Assembly (NCBI GenBank): GCA_963719505.1
Contig: CAVRCF010000001.1
Span: 1,088,001-1,152,000 of the forward strand
Direction: 5' to 3'
DNA length: 64,000 nucleotides
Origin: Halobacteriovoraceae bacterium
GTDB lineage: Bacteria > Bdellovibrionota > Bacteriovoracia > Bacteriovoracales > Bacteriovoracaceae
Each line of letters opens with the position of its first letter. The stretch's first letter is position 1. Both the position numbers and the translations under genes were made by a program. Under the pieces are notes generated by a model. That model was given only the letters and a program-made list of their open reading frames with translations. It was not told the origin of the DNA and searched no databases. Positions 29,221 through 39,723 of this stretch are shown here, piece by piece.

Positions 29221-29381
29221 TGACCTCTTTTAGCATGGAGTGCCGCGTAGCGCTATCAGAATGAAAAAACTACATTTGTTGGCACTTTTCGATATTTCTC
29301 GGTAACTCTCTAAAGAAAACTTAATTTGAAAGCATGTAATTACCAAGGCTTAGTTGTAAAAAAAGAAAAGAAAACTGCAAT

Positions 29382-30416
29382 TTGCGATTCGATTATAATG
29401 AATCTATGGAAAAACTAACGATAAATGTTGTGTCTTATAAGCTCCTCGATCTTCCTTCTCATCAAGATGAACTCGATGAACTACACTCTCAAAATGCGAT
29501 GTATGAATACCAGGCTTTTACTGATTTGGATGAGCTTTTTAAGTTTTCATCCGAAGCTCAAAACGTCTTTTTCATTTTTAATATCGTCTCGAAAACAGAT
29601 TATATTCTTATCCAAAAGTACCTTTTAAACCTCAAAAAGAAAAAAGTGCTTTATAAAGCCATCTGTTTTTTCGATTTTGATAATGAAAAGGCTTTGGGCT
29701 CGCTTTATAAGTTAGATGTTGCAAATGTCTTAAATACTAGTACCTCAACAAAAAACTTTATTATAAAAGTAAATATGGTCCTGAGATCTTTTGAAAAAAA
29801 GCTAAAAGATGACAATAAAGATCTCAACTATGTTCACTTAAATCAACAAGAGGAAGATTTCTTAGTGAAATCAACTTCTAAGAAGAAAACGAAGAAAGAA
29901 CCGACAGAAAATCTTCATCCGACCGAATTTGGTTTCGGTGAAGCGTCTGCTTTCAAAAATGATAGAGAGATCCTAGATTCTAAGTTTGCCACTCCCCAAG
30001 ATGATGGAAATGAAGCAAGGCTTATCGATTATATTGATGAACTTGGTATTAATGGCAAACTCAATATTCAACAGGGACACCTTGAGATAAAACTAGGGGG
30101 AGATTGTTCTAGCACAAAGTGTAGCTTTGAGAGTTTTTATGAGGAAAGTATTATTTTGGGATTAGAAGGCCCAATTGATTTTAAAGAGAATGATACTAAA
30201 AGTATTTATATCAAATTTATCTATGAAAAATGTAAAGTTGAAATTGAACTTGAGGGGATTGTCGTCGAAATTGAACGCCACAATACCAACTCTCGCTATG
30301 TCAGCTTTAGCCTTGGAGAGTTTGGAGTTGATCAGCGAGAGTATTTCATGTCTCTGTACGAGATGCGTCAGAAGAGTATTCATGAGTTTATGATGCTTGC
30401 GAGGGGAATTGCATAG
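29382..30416 (+). CDS. Hypothetical protein (pseudo-receiver-like N-terminus, PilZ-like C-terminus)
   Basis: Long ORF; beta-rich C-terminus IELEGIVVEIE..YVSFSL; fold call is weak. Confidence 0.55.
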   Translation: MRFDYNESMEKLTINVVSYKLLDLPSHQDELDELHSQNAMYEYQAFTDLDELFKFSSEAQNVFFIFNIVSKTDYILIQKYLLNLKKKKVLYKAICFFDFDNEKALGSLYKLDVANVLNTSTSTKNFIIKVNMVLRSFEKKLKDDNKDLNYVHLNQQEEDFLVKSTSKKKTKKEPTENLHPTEFGFGEASAFKNDREILDSKFATPQDDGNEARLIDYIDELGINGKLNIQQGHLEIKLGGDCSSTKCSFESFYEESIILGLEGPIDFKENDTKSIYIKFIYEKCKVEIELEGIVVEIERHNTNSRYVSFSLGEFGVDQREYFMSLYEMRQKSIHEFMMLARGIA

Positions 30417-30448
30417 ATTTTCCATGTTCGATTTGAAATAATAGACTC

Positions 30449-31177
30449 ATGACCATTCTAATCACATTTTTTCTATCGAGCATCGTTTTTGCTCAGAACC
30501 AAACGGTTCATTCCTTTGGTCAAGCCAAAGCTCATTTGCGGCTAGTTTATGGAAATAAAAATAAAACCTTTTATTGTCTTTGTGACTATCAAAAAAAATC
30601 AATTTCAGGAAGTTGTAAACTCTCTATAAAGCGTTATAAAAAACGTCAAAAACGACTTGAATGGGAGCATGTTGTGCCCGCTCATGCCTTTGGACAAAGT
30701 TTCAAGTCTTGGCGTGATCACAAAGAGGCTTGTCCTGCAAAGAAAAATAAAAAAGGACGACTAAAATATAAAGGATCAAGGAAGTGTGCGCGTAAAAAAG
30801 ATCAGCTTTTTAGATTGATGGAAGCAGATATCTATAATCTCGTTCCCTCCATTGGCGCCGTAAATGCTTTGAGATCAAATTACTCATTTGCTGAACTACC
30901 ATCGTCAAAACTTTCTCCTGTTTGTGTTGGAGGTCCAATCATCACTGACAATAAAATTCAGCCTCCAAGTTATATCAAGGGTGATATTGCGAGGGTCTAT
31001 CAATATATGGATTCAAACTATCCTGGTCGCGGTATTATCTCCAATAAAAATAGAAAACTTTTTGAAGCGTGGTCAAAGCTTGACCCTGTTGATGATAAAG
31101 AGTGTGCTGTCTATTCTAAGAAAAAACTCATTCAAAAAAATATTAACCCCATCCTAGAGAAGCTATGTCTAAAATAA
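30449..31177 (+). CDS. Endonuclease I family secreted nuclease
   Basis: TFYCLC, RLEWEHVVPA, EADIYNL, NALRSN, KGDIAR, DPVD. Confidence 0.93.
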   Translation: MTILITFFLSSIVFAQNQTVHSFGQAKAHLRLVYGNKNKTFYCLCDYQKKSISGSCKLSIKRYKKRQKRLEWEHVVPAHAFGQSFKSWRDHKEACPAKKNKKGRLKYKGSRKCARKKDQLFRLMEADIYNLVPSIGAVNALRSNYSFAELPSSKLSPVCVGGPIITDNKIQPPSYIKGDIARVYQYMDSNYPGRGIISNKNRKLFEAWSKLDPVDDKECAVYSKKKLIQKNINPILEKLCLK

Positions 31178-33183
31178 AAATCCTTGCCCTATTTATCCTT
31201 TTTGTTTCATGTTCAAAGCCAAAAGTGACTTTAATAAAACAGTGGCATCTTTCTCCAAATGAAGTCACTAAGGATATAGAGAAATCAAAGAGCTTGCCTC
31301 AATTTGAAAACCAAATTGATATTTTCGAATCTTCAGTCAAACTTGTGGAGCAGGGCTCGGAAGCAATTATTGCTGAGGGGTGTGAGTCTCCAAGCAAGTA
31401 CTTTAAAGAGAATTTTAATGGATGGGATTTGAGCTCATTACAAACAACACAGAAGCTTATTGGTGTAAAAGATATTTTGGCACCGGTTCCCTTGAAGCTA
31501 AAAGCAAAGTTTGGATCTGACATCGAAATTATTTGTGGTGATAGTGAAAGAATTATCAAAGAGAATAATTTAGCGTTTTCTGATCTTAAAGGATATGTAA
31601 ACTTCTATCGCAGACTCATGGAATTTAAAAATAAAGACCAAAGTTCTTTTGATAAATATAAAAACGCACTAAGTAATATTGTTGAGATTAAAGATAACCA
31701 AGATCCTGTCTTGGTGGCGAGAGACTTGGCTTTAAGATCTCTCGCTCTTTTCCAAAAACATATTGAAGATCGAAACTTATTTTTTCTCAAGAAAATTATT
31801 GATAATAGAGATTTAGATCCTGTGTTAATCATTGGTGGACTCCATATTAACGGGATTACGCAAAAACTGAAAGAGGCTGGAATTGAATTTGAAGTGATCG
31901 AGCCAAAAGGCTACCCCAAAGAGGAAGATCGCCTAGTTGAAGATCTTTTGAAATTGTTAAGACAGTATAAAACAGAAAAATTTGTAACTTTTCAAATACC
32001 CAGTGGCTTTAATCTTCAAACTTTTCCAACAGTTAATCTGATTGAGCCTCTTAGAAAAAGTAAAATCGTCGTCGAGATGAAACCATATTTCGAAAAACTT
32101 GGCTTAAATCCCGATCTTCTTATAAGTGATTTCGACAAAGATGGAATTAGGGACTTTACTGTTTCAACTCATGAAGGGACGACTGTCCTATCAGCAGAAG
32201 ATAATGATTGGGATGGTGATGGAGTCGTGAATCTTCTCGATGAGACCGTCGGAGGTACAAAGAGTGCTACTCTAGAGATTAATAGTCCTGATGTGACAAA
32301 CGTCTATTCCTTAGAGGGGGTTGAATCTAGCCAAGAGATAGACAAGATTAGTAAAAGGGGAGTTTCTCTTTTACAAAATAAGGGGGCCAAGCATGATGCT
32401 CTTATTTTAAAAATTTTTAATGAAGTTTACTCAAAAAGTAATGTCCCAACTGGCAGCCTCTTGACTTTTGTGGCAACAAGTCCAGAGTTCACCTTTGGAA
32501 AAAGGTCATTCTTCTCCTATAATAAACAATCAAAGTCTATGGAAGTTTACCCAAGAGAACTTTTAAATTACTTGGCGATAAGAAAGAAGAAAGAGTTTGC
32601 CGATGTTCCGAATGGAAAGTTTGTTAACTCTGTTGTGGTGCCACTTTTGATTCACTCTATCGCTCATGAGTTAGGACATACTCAAGATGGGGATCATGAA
32701 AAGGTTGCCTCTAAAATGGGGTGGAGTTGGAAAGAAGTTCCCTTTGAAAATGATTACCTCCAAACATACCGACTTGAAATCAAAAAAATAATGAATCAAA
32801 AGAAAGATCTCCGATTTAATGGTCAGTCCTATCAAGAAATTTTAAAAGAGCATCAAGAATACCTTGCATTTATTAATTCAAAACTTAAATCAATGAAGTC
32901 GAATAAAGCTTTTAAAGAGAGCGTCAAAGACTCTGTTTGGTTCGTTGAATCAAATAAAGAGGAAAGAGAGTTTCAAACAAGTTTTTTAATAAAGAAAAAA
33001 GCTCCGTCTCTATATGCCTTCTCTTCTCCAAAGGAGTGGTTTGCAGAGGTCTATGCCGGCTGTATTTTTAGAAAATTTTTTCCCCAAGTAGAAAAGGTTT
33101 CCGAGTCCATAAGATATGAGATGCTGATTGGCTTCAACCCTTGGAACTTTGAATCTTTTTGCCAACAAAACGACTCAAAGTGA
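31165..33183 (+). CDS. Large lipoprotein with Ca-binding DxDxDG motifs and a C-terminal zincin domain
   Basis: Lipobox FVSC; IAEG and GGLH motifs; DFDKDG, DWDGDG; AHELGH; YAFSSPKEWFAE. Confidence 0.72.
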   Translation: MSKIKILALFILFVSCSKPKVTLIKQWHLSPNEVTKDIEKSKSLPQFENQIDIFESSVKLVEQGSEAIIAEGCESPSKYFKENFNGWDLSSLQTTQKLIGVKDILAPVPLKLKAKFGSDIEIICGDSERIIKENNLAFSDLKGYVNFYRRLMEFKNKDQSSFDKYKNALSNIVEIKDNQDPVLVARDLALRSLALFQKHIEDRNLFFLKKIIDNRDLDPVLIIGGLHINGITQKLKEAGIEFEVIEPKGYPKEEDRLVEDLLKLLRQYKTEKFVTFQIPSGFNLQTFPTVNLIEPLRKSKIVVEMKPYFEKLGLNPDLLISDFDKDGIRDFTVSTHEGTTVLSAEDNDWDGDGVVNLLDETVGGTKSATLEINSPDVTNVYSLEGVESSQEIDKISKRGVSLLQNKGAKHDALILKIFNEVYSKSNVPTGSLLTFVATSPEFTFGKRSFFSYNKQSKSMEVYPRELLNYLAIRKKKEFADVPNGKFVNSVVVPLLIHSIAHELGHTQDGDHEKVASKMGWSWKEVPFENDYLQTYRLEIKKIMNQKKDLRFNGQSYQEILKEHQEYLAFINSKLKSMKSNKAFKESVKDSVWFVESNKEEREFQTSFLIKKKAPSLYAFSSPKEWFAEVYAGCIFRKFFPQVEKVSESIRYEMLIGFNPWNFESFCQQNDSK

Positions 33184-33275
33184 TAATCGATTATTTTCCC
33201 ATTAGTAGTAAGTACTTGATTTTACGAGCGAGTTAGGCTTCTCTCCTGCCTAAGCTGATAATAATGATTGGGAAT

Positions 33276-33302
33276 TGAAGAAAGTATCAAAATTTCCGAT
33301 AA
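33276..33302 (+). promoter_or_regulatory. sigma28 (FliA)-like promoter
   Basis: TGAAG-N14-TCCGATAA, 20 bp before the ATG at 33322. Confidence 0.55.
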
Positions 33303-33321
33303 GTCAGATGTGGAGATACGA

Positions 33322-34650
33322 ATGAAAAGATATAACTTAATTCTTGTAACAATGATGCTCATACTTTTTGCCTATGCTGGAAGTAAAGGGAAAAAAGTGG
33401 CCATTGTTAAAATTCAAAAAGGTGTCGTTCACTCGATTAATGCTGTTGGAGAGAAGGTTCTTTTGAAAAAAGGATCATGGGTCGAGCAAGGCGCGGTTGT
33501 GAAAACGCAACCAAAAAGCTTTATTAAACTGAGCTTTATCGATAAATCAACGGTCAATATTGGACCTGATTCTGAAATGAAAATCGAAAAATTTTCAAAA
33601 AATGAAGCAGGGGTCCTCAATGTCATCTCTGGAAAAATAAGATCTCAAGTTTCAAAAAATTACTTAGAAATGGATAAAAATAAATCTAAACTTTTTGTAA
33701 AGTCTAAATCAGCAGTCATGGGAATTCGGGGAACAGACTTTATCTTCTCAACCAATAAGAAGACAGGGGCATCAACGGCTATTTTGTTTGAAGGTTCCGT
33801 AGTCTTTAACAAATTGTCGAAAAACGATAGAAAGCTAGATCTTGAAAGCGTTGTAAATAAAGGATATCGAATAAATCCAGGTCAATTCTCGGTATCAAGA
33901 CTAAATTTGAAAAGACCTACTGTCCCTTCGAAGCTATCGAGTAAACAATTCATTGCTTTAGAAAAAAACAAAAATTTTGCAAAGGTTAAAGTTGATGTAA
34001 AAGCTCCTCAGCGAAAATCAGTAGTGCCACCAGGATTAACTGGAGATATTGTTGCCCCAGAAGGTGTTGGGCTTAGATCGATCGCAAGTTCAGAGAAGCC
34101 AAAAATAGATATAAAATCCACAAAAGGTTTTAAAAGAGGGGATGAAATTAAGCCTACAGATGGCTCAATTGTTCATGTTGATTCTGGAACAATCATCCCT
34201 GTCGCTAAAGATGCACTTTTTGATAAAAACACTAAAGAGTGGTCCTCACAAAAATCTGGCTCTGTTTCAGACTCTGGTGATTATATTCCACCAAAGAGTT
34301 ACTCGATCGACAATGAAGGGAAGATTTATAAAGAGGTCGGCAAAAATAAGATTGAAGTGGATACTTCAATAGTCCCTGTAGGTAAGTCAAATGCGTTTGA
34401 AGGCCAAAAAGGTGGGAGCAAAAAAGAGCTCAAAGGAAAGGCGCCAGCTTCAATCGAAGATAGCTTTAAGTCAGACGAAGAGTCAAAGGAAGAGGATCCA
34501 AGTCTTATCAGACGAGCACCAGTTCCTCCAGGGGAACCAGGGTGGCTACCGGAGAACATTAATAAAAGTCGTCCTCGTTTCATCGACAGGTTTAGAGCTC
34601 CTCCGCCGGCATCTGGCAGAACCAGAGTTAATGGGACAGTTAATAGGTAA
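33322..34650 (+). CDS. FecR-domain secreted protein with a Pro/Lys-rich tail
   Basis: GGAG RBS then MKRYNL; D.STVNIGPDSEM, AVMGIRGTDF, FEGSV. Confidence 0.85.
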   Translation: MKRYNLILVTMMLILFAYAGSKGKKVAIVKIQKGVVHSINAVGEKVLLKKGSWVEQGAVVKTQPKSFIKLSFIDKSTVNIGPDSEMKIEKFSKNEAGVLNVISGKIRSQVSKNYLEMDKNKSKLFVKSKSAVMGIRGTDFIFSTNKKTGASTAILFEGSVVFNKLSKNDRKLDLESVVNKGYRINPGQFSVSRLNLKRPTVPSKLSSKQFIALEKNKNFAKVKVDVKAPQRKSVVPPGLTGDIVAPEGVGLRSIASSEKPKIDIKSTKGFKRGDEIKPTDGSIVHVDSGTIIPVAKDALFDKNTKEWSSQKSGSVSDSGDYIPPKSYSIDNEGKIYKEVGKNKIEVDTSIVPVGKSNAFEGQKGGSKKELKGKAPASIEDSFKSDEESKEEDPSLIRRAPVPPGEPGWLPENINKSRPRFIDRFRAPPPASGRTRVNGTVNR

Positions 34651-34703
34651 CTAACATTTTCCTCCTGCTTCCAAAATAGAGGGATAAGTCTATAATAAGT
34701 GTA

Positions 34704-36308
34704 ATGAAATCCTTACTCTTATTTATCATCCTCTTGAGTTGTTCCGGCTTTGCTGGTGCCCAAGTGAAAAAATCTTTAAAAGACCTCACGTCAAGTGCTT
34801 CAGATGCCTTTGAAGCGGGGGACTATCAAAAAACAGTAGTAGAAATTGAGAAGCTTCTTAGTGTCGATTCCATTTCAAAAAATCTTGAATCTAAAGGCCT
34901 CCTTCTTTATTGGAAGGGGATTTCCAATATAAGAATGAACGAGTATGAAGATGGTATTAAGAACCTTGAAGAGGCGATTAAATTAAAATTCCCAGCCGAT
35001 GATATTCACTATGAATACGGCCAAGCCCTTTATGTTTCTGAAAGACTAAACGAAGCCAGATTGGCCTTTAGTGAATCTGTCAAAGCCAAGTACAAAGTTG
35101 GTGTTTCTCTTTACTATATCGCATTTATTTCTCAACAATTAGGTAGTCAAAAAAAGGCTGTTAACTTTTATACCATGATTGAGAAACTTCCCCAGAGCGA
35201 GAAAGAATCCATTTTACAGGCCAGTAGGATGCAGATTGCTGATATCTATCTTACTCAAGTAGAAAAACTACCCAATAGCTTCTCGTCTATTGAAAAATAT
35301 GTCATTCCTCAATATGAAAAAGCTTTGCAAGTGGACGAGAACTCTAATCTTGCTCAGGAAATAGAGAGAAAAATTAAAGAGATTCAAAGAAAGTATGACC
35401 TCTTGGTTTTTAGAATGAGAAATGGGAGACCAACTTCATTTCCTCGATACTTTATTCGTTCAAGCATTGCTTACGGCTTTGATGATAATGTGAGAAATTT
35501 GGATGAGACCTCCAAAGGGGATCTGAAAGAGGAAGACTTCGCAAGCCCTTACTATAATGCCAGTATCTATTCTCGGTACACGTTCTATCCCAGTTCTGCT
35601 TTGTCTGTCTCTCCTGAACTTACGCTCTCTTATACGGACTATCAGACAGATTCAGATGAGATAAAAGCTTTTAATAACCTCTCCATTATCGCTGGACTTC
35701 AGCTCAACTATGAACATTTGTACAATGGAATTGCGGCGACGACCTATCTTAATTTCGACTATACATATAGAGACGATGACGGAAATTCGGATGATGTTTT
35801 GGAAAAGGCCAGTGATACAGTGAGCATCACTTTGAGTGAGGAGCTTCAGTTTTGGAGAGGAAATCCTTCAACCTTTAGGTACCGCTTCACTCAGTCAACT
35901 GCAGTAGAGGAGACTCTCTCTTTTGATGCCCATAGCTTTATTTATGAACAGTTTCTCTCTCTCAAATCCTTCTCTATCTTTTTATACACCTCTTATGATA
36001 TTTCTCGATTTGCTGAAAATGAAGATCAGGATACTAATAGTTATACCCTAAGGTCAGACTTTCTTCTCGATAGCTTCTACGATCTTTTTAATCCAAATCT
36101 TTTTGTCTCGACGACTCAAACAAGTTATCTAAATGATACTGATCGAGGAACATCATCTTTGATTGAGTATGGAGTAACTTTAAGTCGTCCCATTAGTGAA
36201 AAAGTATATCTCAACTTCTTTTATAATATTGAGTCTCAATCTGGGAAAGAGGATCAAGATACTCACAGCGGGACAGTCGTTGGGGGAAGTTTAGAGTATT
36301 ACTACTAG
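34704..36308 (+). CDS. TPR plus outer-membrane beta-barrel protein
   Basis: Signal peptide, N-terminal TPRs, aromatic beta strands, ends EYYY. Confidence 0.78.
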   Translation: MKSLLLFIILLSCSGFAGAQVKKSLKDLTSSASDAFEAGDYQKTVVEIEKLLSVDSISKNLESKGLLLYWKGISNIRMNEYEDGIKNLEEAIKLKFPADDIHYEYGQALYVSERLNEARLAFSESVKAKYKVGVSLYYIAFISQQLGSQKKAVNFYTMIEKLPQSEKESILQASRMQIADIYLTQVEKLPNSFSSIEKYVIPQYEKALQVDENSNLAQEIERKIKEIQRKYDLLVFRMRNGRPTSFPRYFIRSSIAYGFDDNVRNLDETSKGDLKEEDFASPYYNASIYSRYTFYPSSALSVSPELTLSYTDYQTDSDEIKAFNNLSIIAGLQLNYEHLYNGIAATTYLNFDYTYRDDDGNSDDVLEKASDTVSITLSEELQFWRGNPSTFRYRFTQSTAVEETLSFDAHSFIYEQFLSLKSFSIFLYTSYDISRFAENEDQDTNSYTLRSDFLLDSFYDLFNPNLFVSTTQTSYLNDTDRGTSSLIEYGVTLSRPISEKVYLNFFYNIESQSGKEDQDTHSGTVVGGSLEYYY

Positions 36309-37006
36309 CTCAAACGATTAATTTCAGCTTCTAATTTTTGTCGACATTCAATCATCAATTGAGGGATATCATCTTGTGTTAAGCCTAAGGTTGGGATGGG
36401 CTCTAAGAAAGACATCTTGACGTGACCAGCATGAAATTTATTTAAGTTAATACTTTTTGCATAACGAGATATTGCAAAAATAGTAATAGGTAACTGTAGA
36501 GTAATCGCGGTTCTAAAAGCGCCTTTTTTAAAGGGAAGAAGCTCATCTGAAGTATTCCTGGTGCCTTCTGGAAAGATAACGACACTAATCCCTTTCTCCA
36601 TAAGAGTTTTTCCGACATTTTTAAGACTTTTCTTAGTACTACCTTTGCTTCCTCTTTTGATGGAAATATTTCCAGTAAGCCAAAAGACGAGGCCAAAAAC
36701 GGGAATATAAAGTATCTCTCTTTTTCCTAAAGAGACGACCTTATCTCTAAAAATTTTAGAGACAACCCACAAGTCCATATTATGCTGATGATTTCCTACT
36801 AGAATACTAGGGTGCGCTTTGGTGAGAATGTGTTGATTTTCTACTTCGCTAGTAAGTCCAAGGGGCTTGGATAAAAAAGAGAAAACTCGAAGGAAAAAAC
36901 CAGAGTTTTTATAGCTTGTTGGTCGCAAGAAACAAATGGGCAAAGATATAATCGATGTGATTAGAACAAGAAGAGGAAAATAGATAAGCCTTAATACTTT
37001 TAACAT
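36305..37006 (-). CDS. plsC: 1-acyl-sn-glycerol-3-phosphate acyltransferase
   Basis: NHQHNMD, FPEGTR, PFKKGAF. Confidence 0.92.
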   Translation of the reverse strand: MLKVLRLIYFPLLVLITSIISLPICFLRPTSYKNSGFFLRVFSFLSKPLGLTSEVENQHILTKAHPSILVGNHQHNMDLWVVSKIFRDKVVSLGKREILYIPVFGLVFWLTGNISIKRGSKGSTKKSLKNVGKTLMEKGISVVIFPEGTRNTSDELLPFKKGAFRTAITLQLPITIFAISRYAKSINLNKFHAGHVKMSFLEPIPTLGLTQDDIPQLMIECRQKLEAEINRLS

Positions 37007-38391
37007 TAATTACCTTTGGGAAGAATGATTTTAAACTTCGTGCCTTGTTGCAGCTCGCTTTCTATTTCAATCCTACCGTCATGTTTATTTATAATATGTT
37101 TAACAATTGAAAGCCCCAATCCAGATCCCTCTATATTTGATTGTCTTGAACTCAGGGCATCTCCTTGGACGCGATAGAACCTTTCAAAAATTCGATCCTT
37201 ATTTTCTGATGAAATACCGTAACCATTATCTCGCAAAGTCATGTATGACATCGTTTCATCTGAATAGAGACCTAAGTTAATTGTTAATTCATTTTCAGAG
37301 TATTTAAATGAATTGTCGATAAGGTTAGAGAGGACCTGTTCTATCAAGCGTTTATCACCGTAGACTGTATCTTCTTCTAAATCAAAATTAAAAGTGGCTC
37401 TCTTTTGGGGATGTTTCGCTTCAATGTCTGATTTTACTTTTAAAACTTTTTCTTTGAGTGAGAAAAATTCTTTATCAATTTTGTCTTTTGTTTCAATTTT
37501 AGAGAGGTTGAGAAGGCTATCAAAAAGATCTTTCAGCTTATCGGAGTTAGAATCTATTTTCTGTGTTAGAAGTTTAATCGACTCAGGCAACTCCTTCGCC
37601 TGAGCTTGAAGAAGCTGAGAGTAACCTTTAATTGATGTCAGAGGAGTTCTTATTTCATGGGAAACGTTTGCGACGAAGTCGACTCTCATTTTGTCTGTGA
37701 GCTTTCCGTGAGTCACATCATAAAAAACTCCCACGGCTCCAATAATATCACCTTTAAGATCTGTTAAACTTGAGAGCCTTATATCAAAATAGCGCCCAGA
37801 TTCTTTATGGTAGAAGTCGATAAGATTATTCTCAATTCCTTTTTTAACAAGCTTATCAACCGCTTCGTTAAGTTTAACATCTCGCAAGACTTTCCATAAC
37901 TTCGTTTCACCTTTTAATTCAAAGTGTTTGTCAAAAGACTCATTTGACTGTGTTATATTTTGAAAGTTATCAATGACAACAATAGGAGAACTAACCGAGG
38001 CGATGATGTGATTTGCTTTAATTTGTTGATTTTGGATTTGAGACTTTTGGAGAAAAATTTCACGATCAACGTAATCGAGCATAAAATTTATAATATCCCA
38101 TTCATTTTTTCTGTAGAGCAATTCTACTTGCTGAGAGTGGGCAAGATTAGCCTTCATCTTTTCTAGACGAGCTAGAATTTGGGACAGAGGCCTTGCTCTA
38201 AAAAGGGTGAGAACGGCGCTGTAAAGCCAAAGTGAAATCACGGCCCAGAAAATCGCAGAAAAAGTATTTTCTACGAAGTAGCGGTCGATAACAGCGATTG
38301 TTAGAGCCGTTATTGAAATATAAAAAACTCGCGACCTTAGACTTTGGACAAAGTAGTTTAAAGGAAATGGTCCTTTAAAAAAATTATTCAT
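37006..38391 (-). CDS. PhoR-like sensor histidine kinase (PAS, HisKA, HATPase)
   Basis: DFVANVSHEIRTPL, NLIDNSFKY, DNGYG, IFERFYRV, GSGLGL. Confidence 0.92.
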   Translation of the reverse strand: MNNFFKGPFPLNYFVQSLRSRVFYISITALTIAVIDRYFVENTFSAIFWAVISLWLYSAVLTLFRARPLSQILARLEKMKANLAHSQQVELLYRKNEWDIINFMLDYVDREIFLQKSQIQNQQIKANHIIASVSSPIVVIDNFQNITQSNESFDKHFELKGETKLWKVLRDVKLNEAVDKLVKKGIENNLIDFYHKESGRYFDIRLSSLTDLKGDIIGAVGVFYDVTHGKLTDKMRVDFVANVSHEIRTPLTSIKGYSQLLQAQAKELPESIKLLTQKIDSNSDKLKDLFDSLLNLSKIETKDKIDKEFFSLKEKVLKVKSDIEAKHPQKRATFNFDLEEDTVYGDKRLIEQVLSNLIDNSFKYSENELTINLGLYSDETMSYMTLRDNGYGISSENKDRIFERFYRVQGDALSSRQSNIEGSGLGLSIVKHIINKHDGRIEIESELQQGTKFKIILPKGN

Positions 38392-39076
38392 TCTCTTTAA
38401 ACCTGTATCCTATTCCCCTTATGGTCTCTATGTATTTAGCTTTATCTTTGAGTTTTTTTCTCAGACCCACAATATGAGTATCGATAATCCTGTTCGTAAC
38501 GTGGATATCATCTCCTAGAATATTTGAAATAAGGCTGGCCCTTGAGTGCACGACTCCAGGTTCTTTCATTAGGAGCGCGAGAATTTGATATTCTGTGAGG
38601 GTGAGATTGATTGTATTTGAATCAACTTTCACCTCTTTCTTTGTATCGTTGAGTAAGATTCCATGGAAGTTAAATTCAGAAATTTCTTTTCCTTCAGGAT
38701 AAGAACGTCTTAAATTCGCTCTGACTCTTGCGTTGAGAACATTGATATCAAAAGGCTTCGTAATATAGTCGTTTGCCCCAGCATCGAGACCTTCTATAAT
38801 ATTTTCTGGCTCTGAAAGAGCTGTTACGAAGATAATAGGCGCTGCAGAAGTGGCTGAGTTTAGCCTGAGAAACTGACACATCTCTATGCCGGTTCCATCG
38901 GGTAACATCCTATCGACGAGAAACATATCGTAGGTCTTTTGACCGATTTTATCTTTTGCTTTGGAAATATTAATAGCTGTGTCCACTTGGTAGCCATGCA
39001 GCTCAAGCTGCATCTGAATGAGTTCGCTAATATCGATTTGATCTTCGATCACGAGTATTGATTCTTGATTTTTCAT
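38384..39076 (-). CDS. PhoB-like response regulator
   Basis: VDRMLP, GANDYITKPF, DTHIVGLRKK, TIRGIGY. Confidence 0.92.
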   Translation of the reverse strand: MKNQESILVIEDQIDISELIQMQLELHGYQVDTAINISKAKDKIGQKTYDMFLVDRMLPDGTGIEMCQFLRLNSATSAAPIIFVTALSEPENIIEGLDAGANDYITKPFDINVLNARVRANLRRSYPEGKEISEFNFHGILLNDTKKEVKVDSNTINLTLTEYQILALLMKEPGVVHSRASLISNILGDDIHVTNRIIDTHIVGLRKKLKDKAKYIETIRGIGYRFKENE

Positions 39077-39120
39077 ATGAATGATATAGCAAAAAAGTTG
39101 GGATTTGTAAGTGAATAGTA

Positions 39121-39143
39121 GGGTTGAAGCAGTGCTTCAACCC
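39121..39143 (-). terminator. Hairpin downstream of sodB
   Basis: GGGTTGAAGC-agt-GCTTCAACCC. Confidence 0.7.
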
Positions 39144-39150
39144 CTGTGAA

Positions 39151-39723
39151 TTATAAGTTTGAGTTAACGAAGTCCCAGTTAACAAGAGACCAAAAAGCAT
39201 TGATATAGTTAGGTCGTGCATTTCTGTAATCTACATAATAAGCATGCTCCCAAACATCAATCGTCATAAGTGCTTTTCTTCCGTGTTTCATCGGTGTGTC
39301 AGCGTCATTTGTATTAAAGATTTCTAGTTCACCTTTGTTGTCTACTAACCATGTCCAACCTGAACCAAAGTTTGTCGCTGCTGAATTAGTGAATTCTTCT
39401 TTAAATTTGTCGAACGATCCCCATTTAGCATTGATCTTATCAGCGATCATTCCTGTCGCTTGACCACCTTTATTTGGAGCTAAACAGTTCCAGTAAAATG
39501 TGTGGTTCCAAACTTGTGCTGCGTTATTAAAAAGTCCGCCTTCGCTTCCTTTAATGATGTCTTCAAGAGAAGAATCTGCAAATTTAGTTCCTTCAATACC
39601 AGCATTTAACTTCGTCACGTAAGCATTGTGGTGCTTTCCGTAATGATAATCAATTGTCTCTGCCGAAATATGTGGCTCAAGAGCGTTCTTTTCCCAAGGT
39701 AGTTCTGGTAATTTGTGTTCCAT
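39151..39723 (-). CDS. sodB: Fe superoxide dismutase
   Basis: HYGKHH, NNAAQVWNH, FGSGW, DVWEHAYY. Confidence 0.96.
   Translation of the reverse strand: MEHKLPELPWEKNALEPHISAETIDYHYGKHHNAYVTKLNAGIEGTKFADSSLEDIIKGSEGGLFNNAAQVWNHTFYWNCLAPNKGGQATGMIADKINAKWGSFDKFKEEFTNSAATNFGSGWTWLVDNKGELEIFNTNDADTPMKHGRKALMTIDVWEHAYYVDYRNARPNYINAFWSLVNWDFVNSNL

Noticed and set aside
29231-29246. sigma54-like GGCAC..TGC upstream of 29220
   Set aside because: Spacing is GG-N8-GC rather than N10, and it is too close to the start codon
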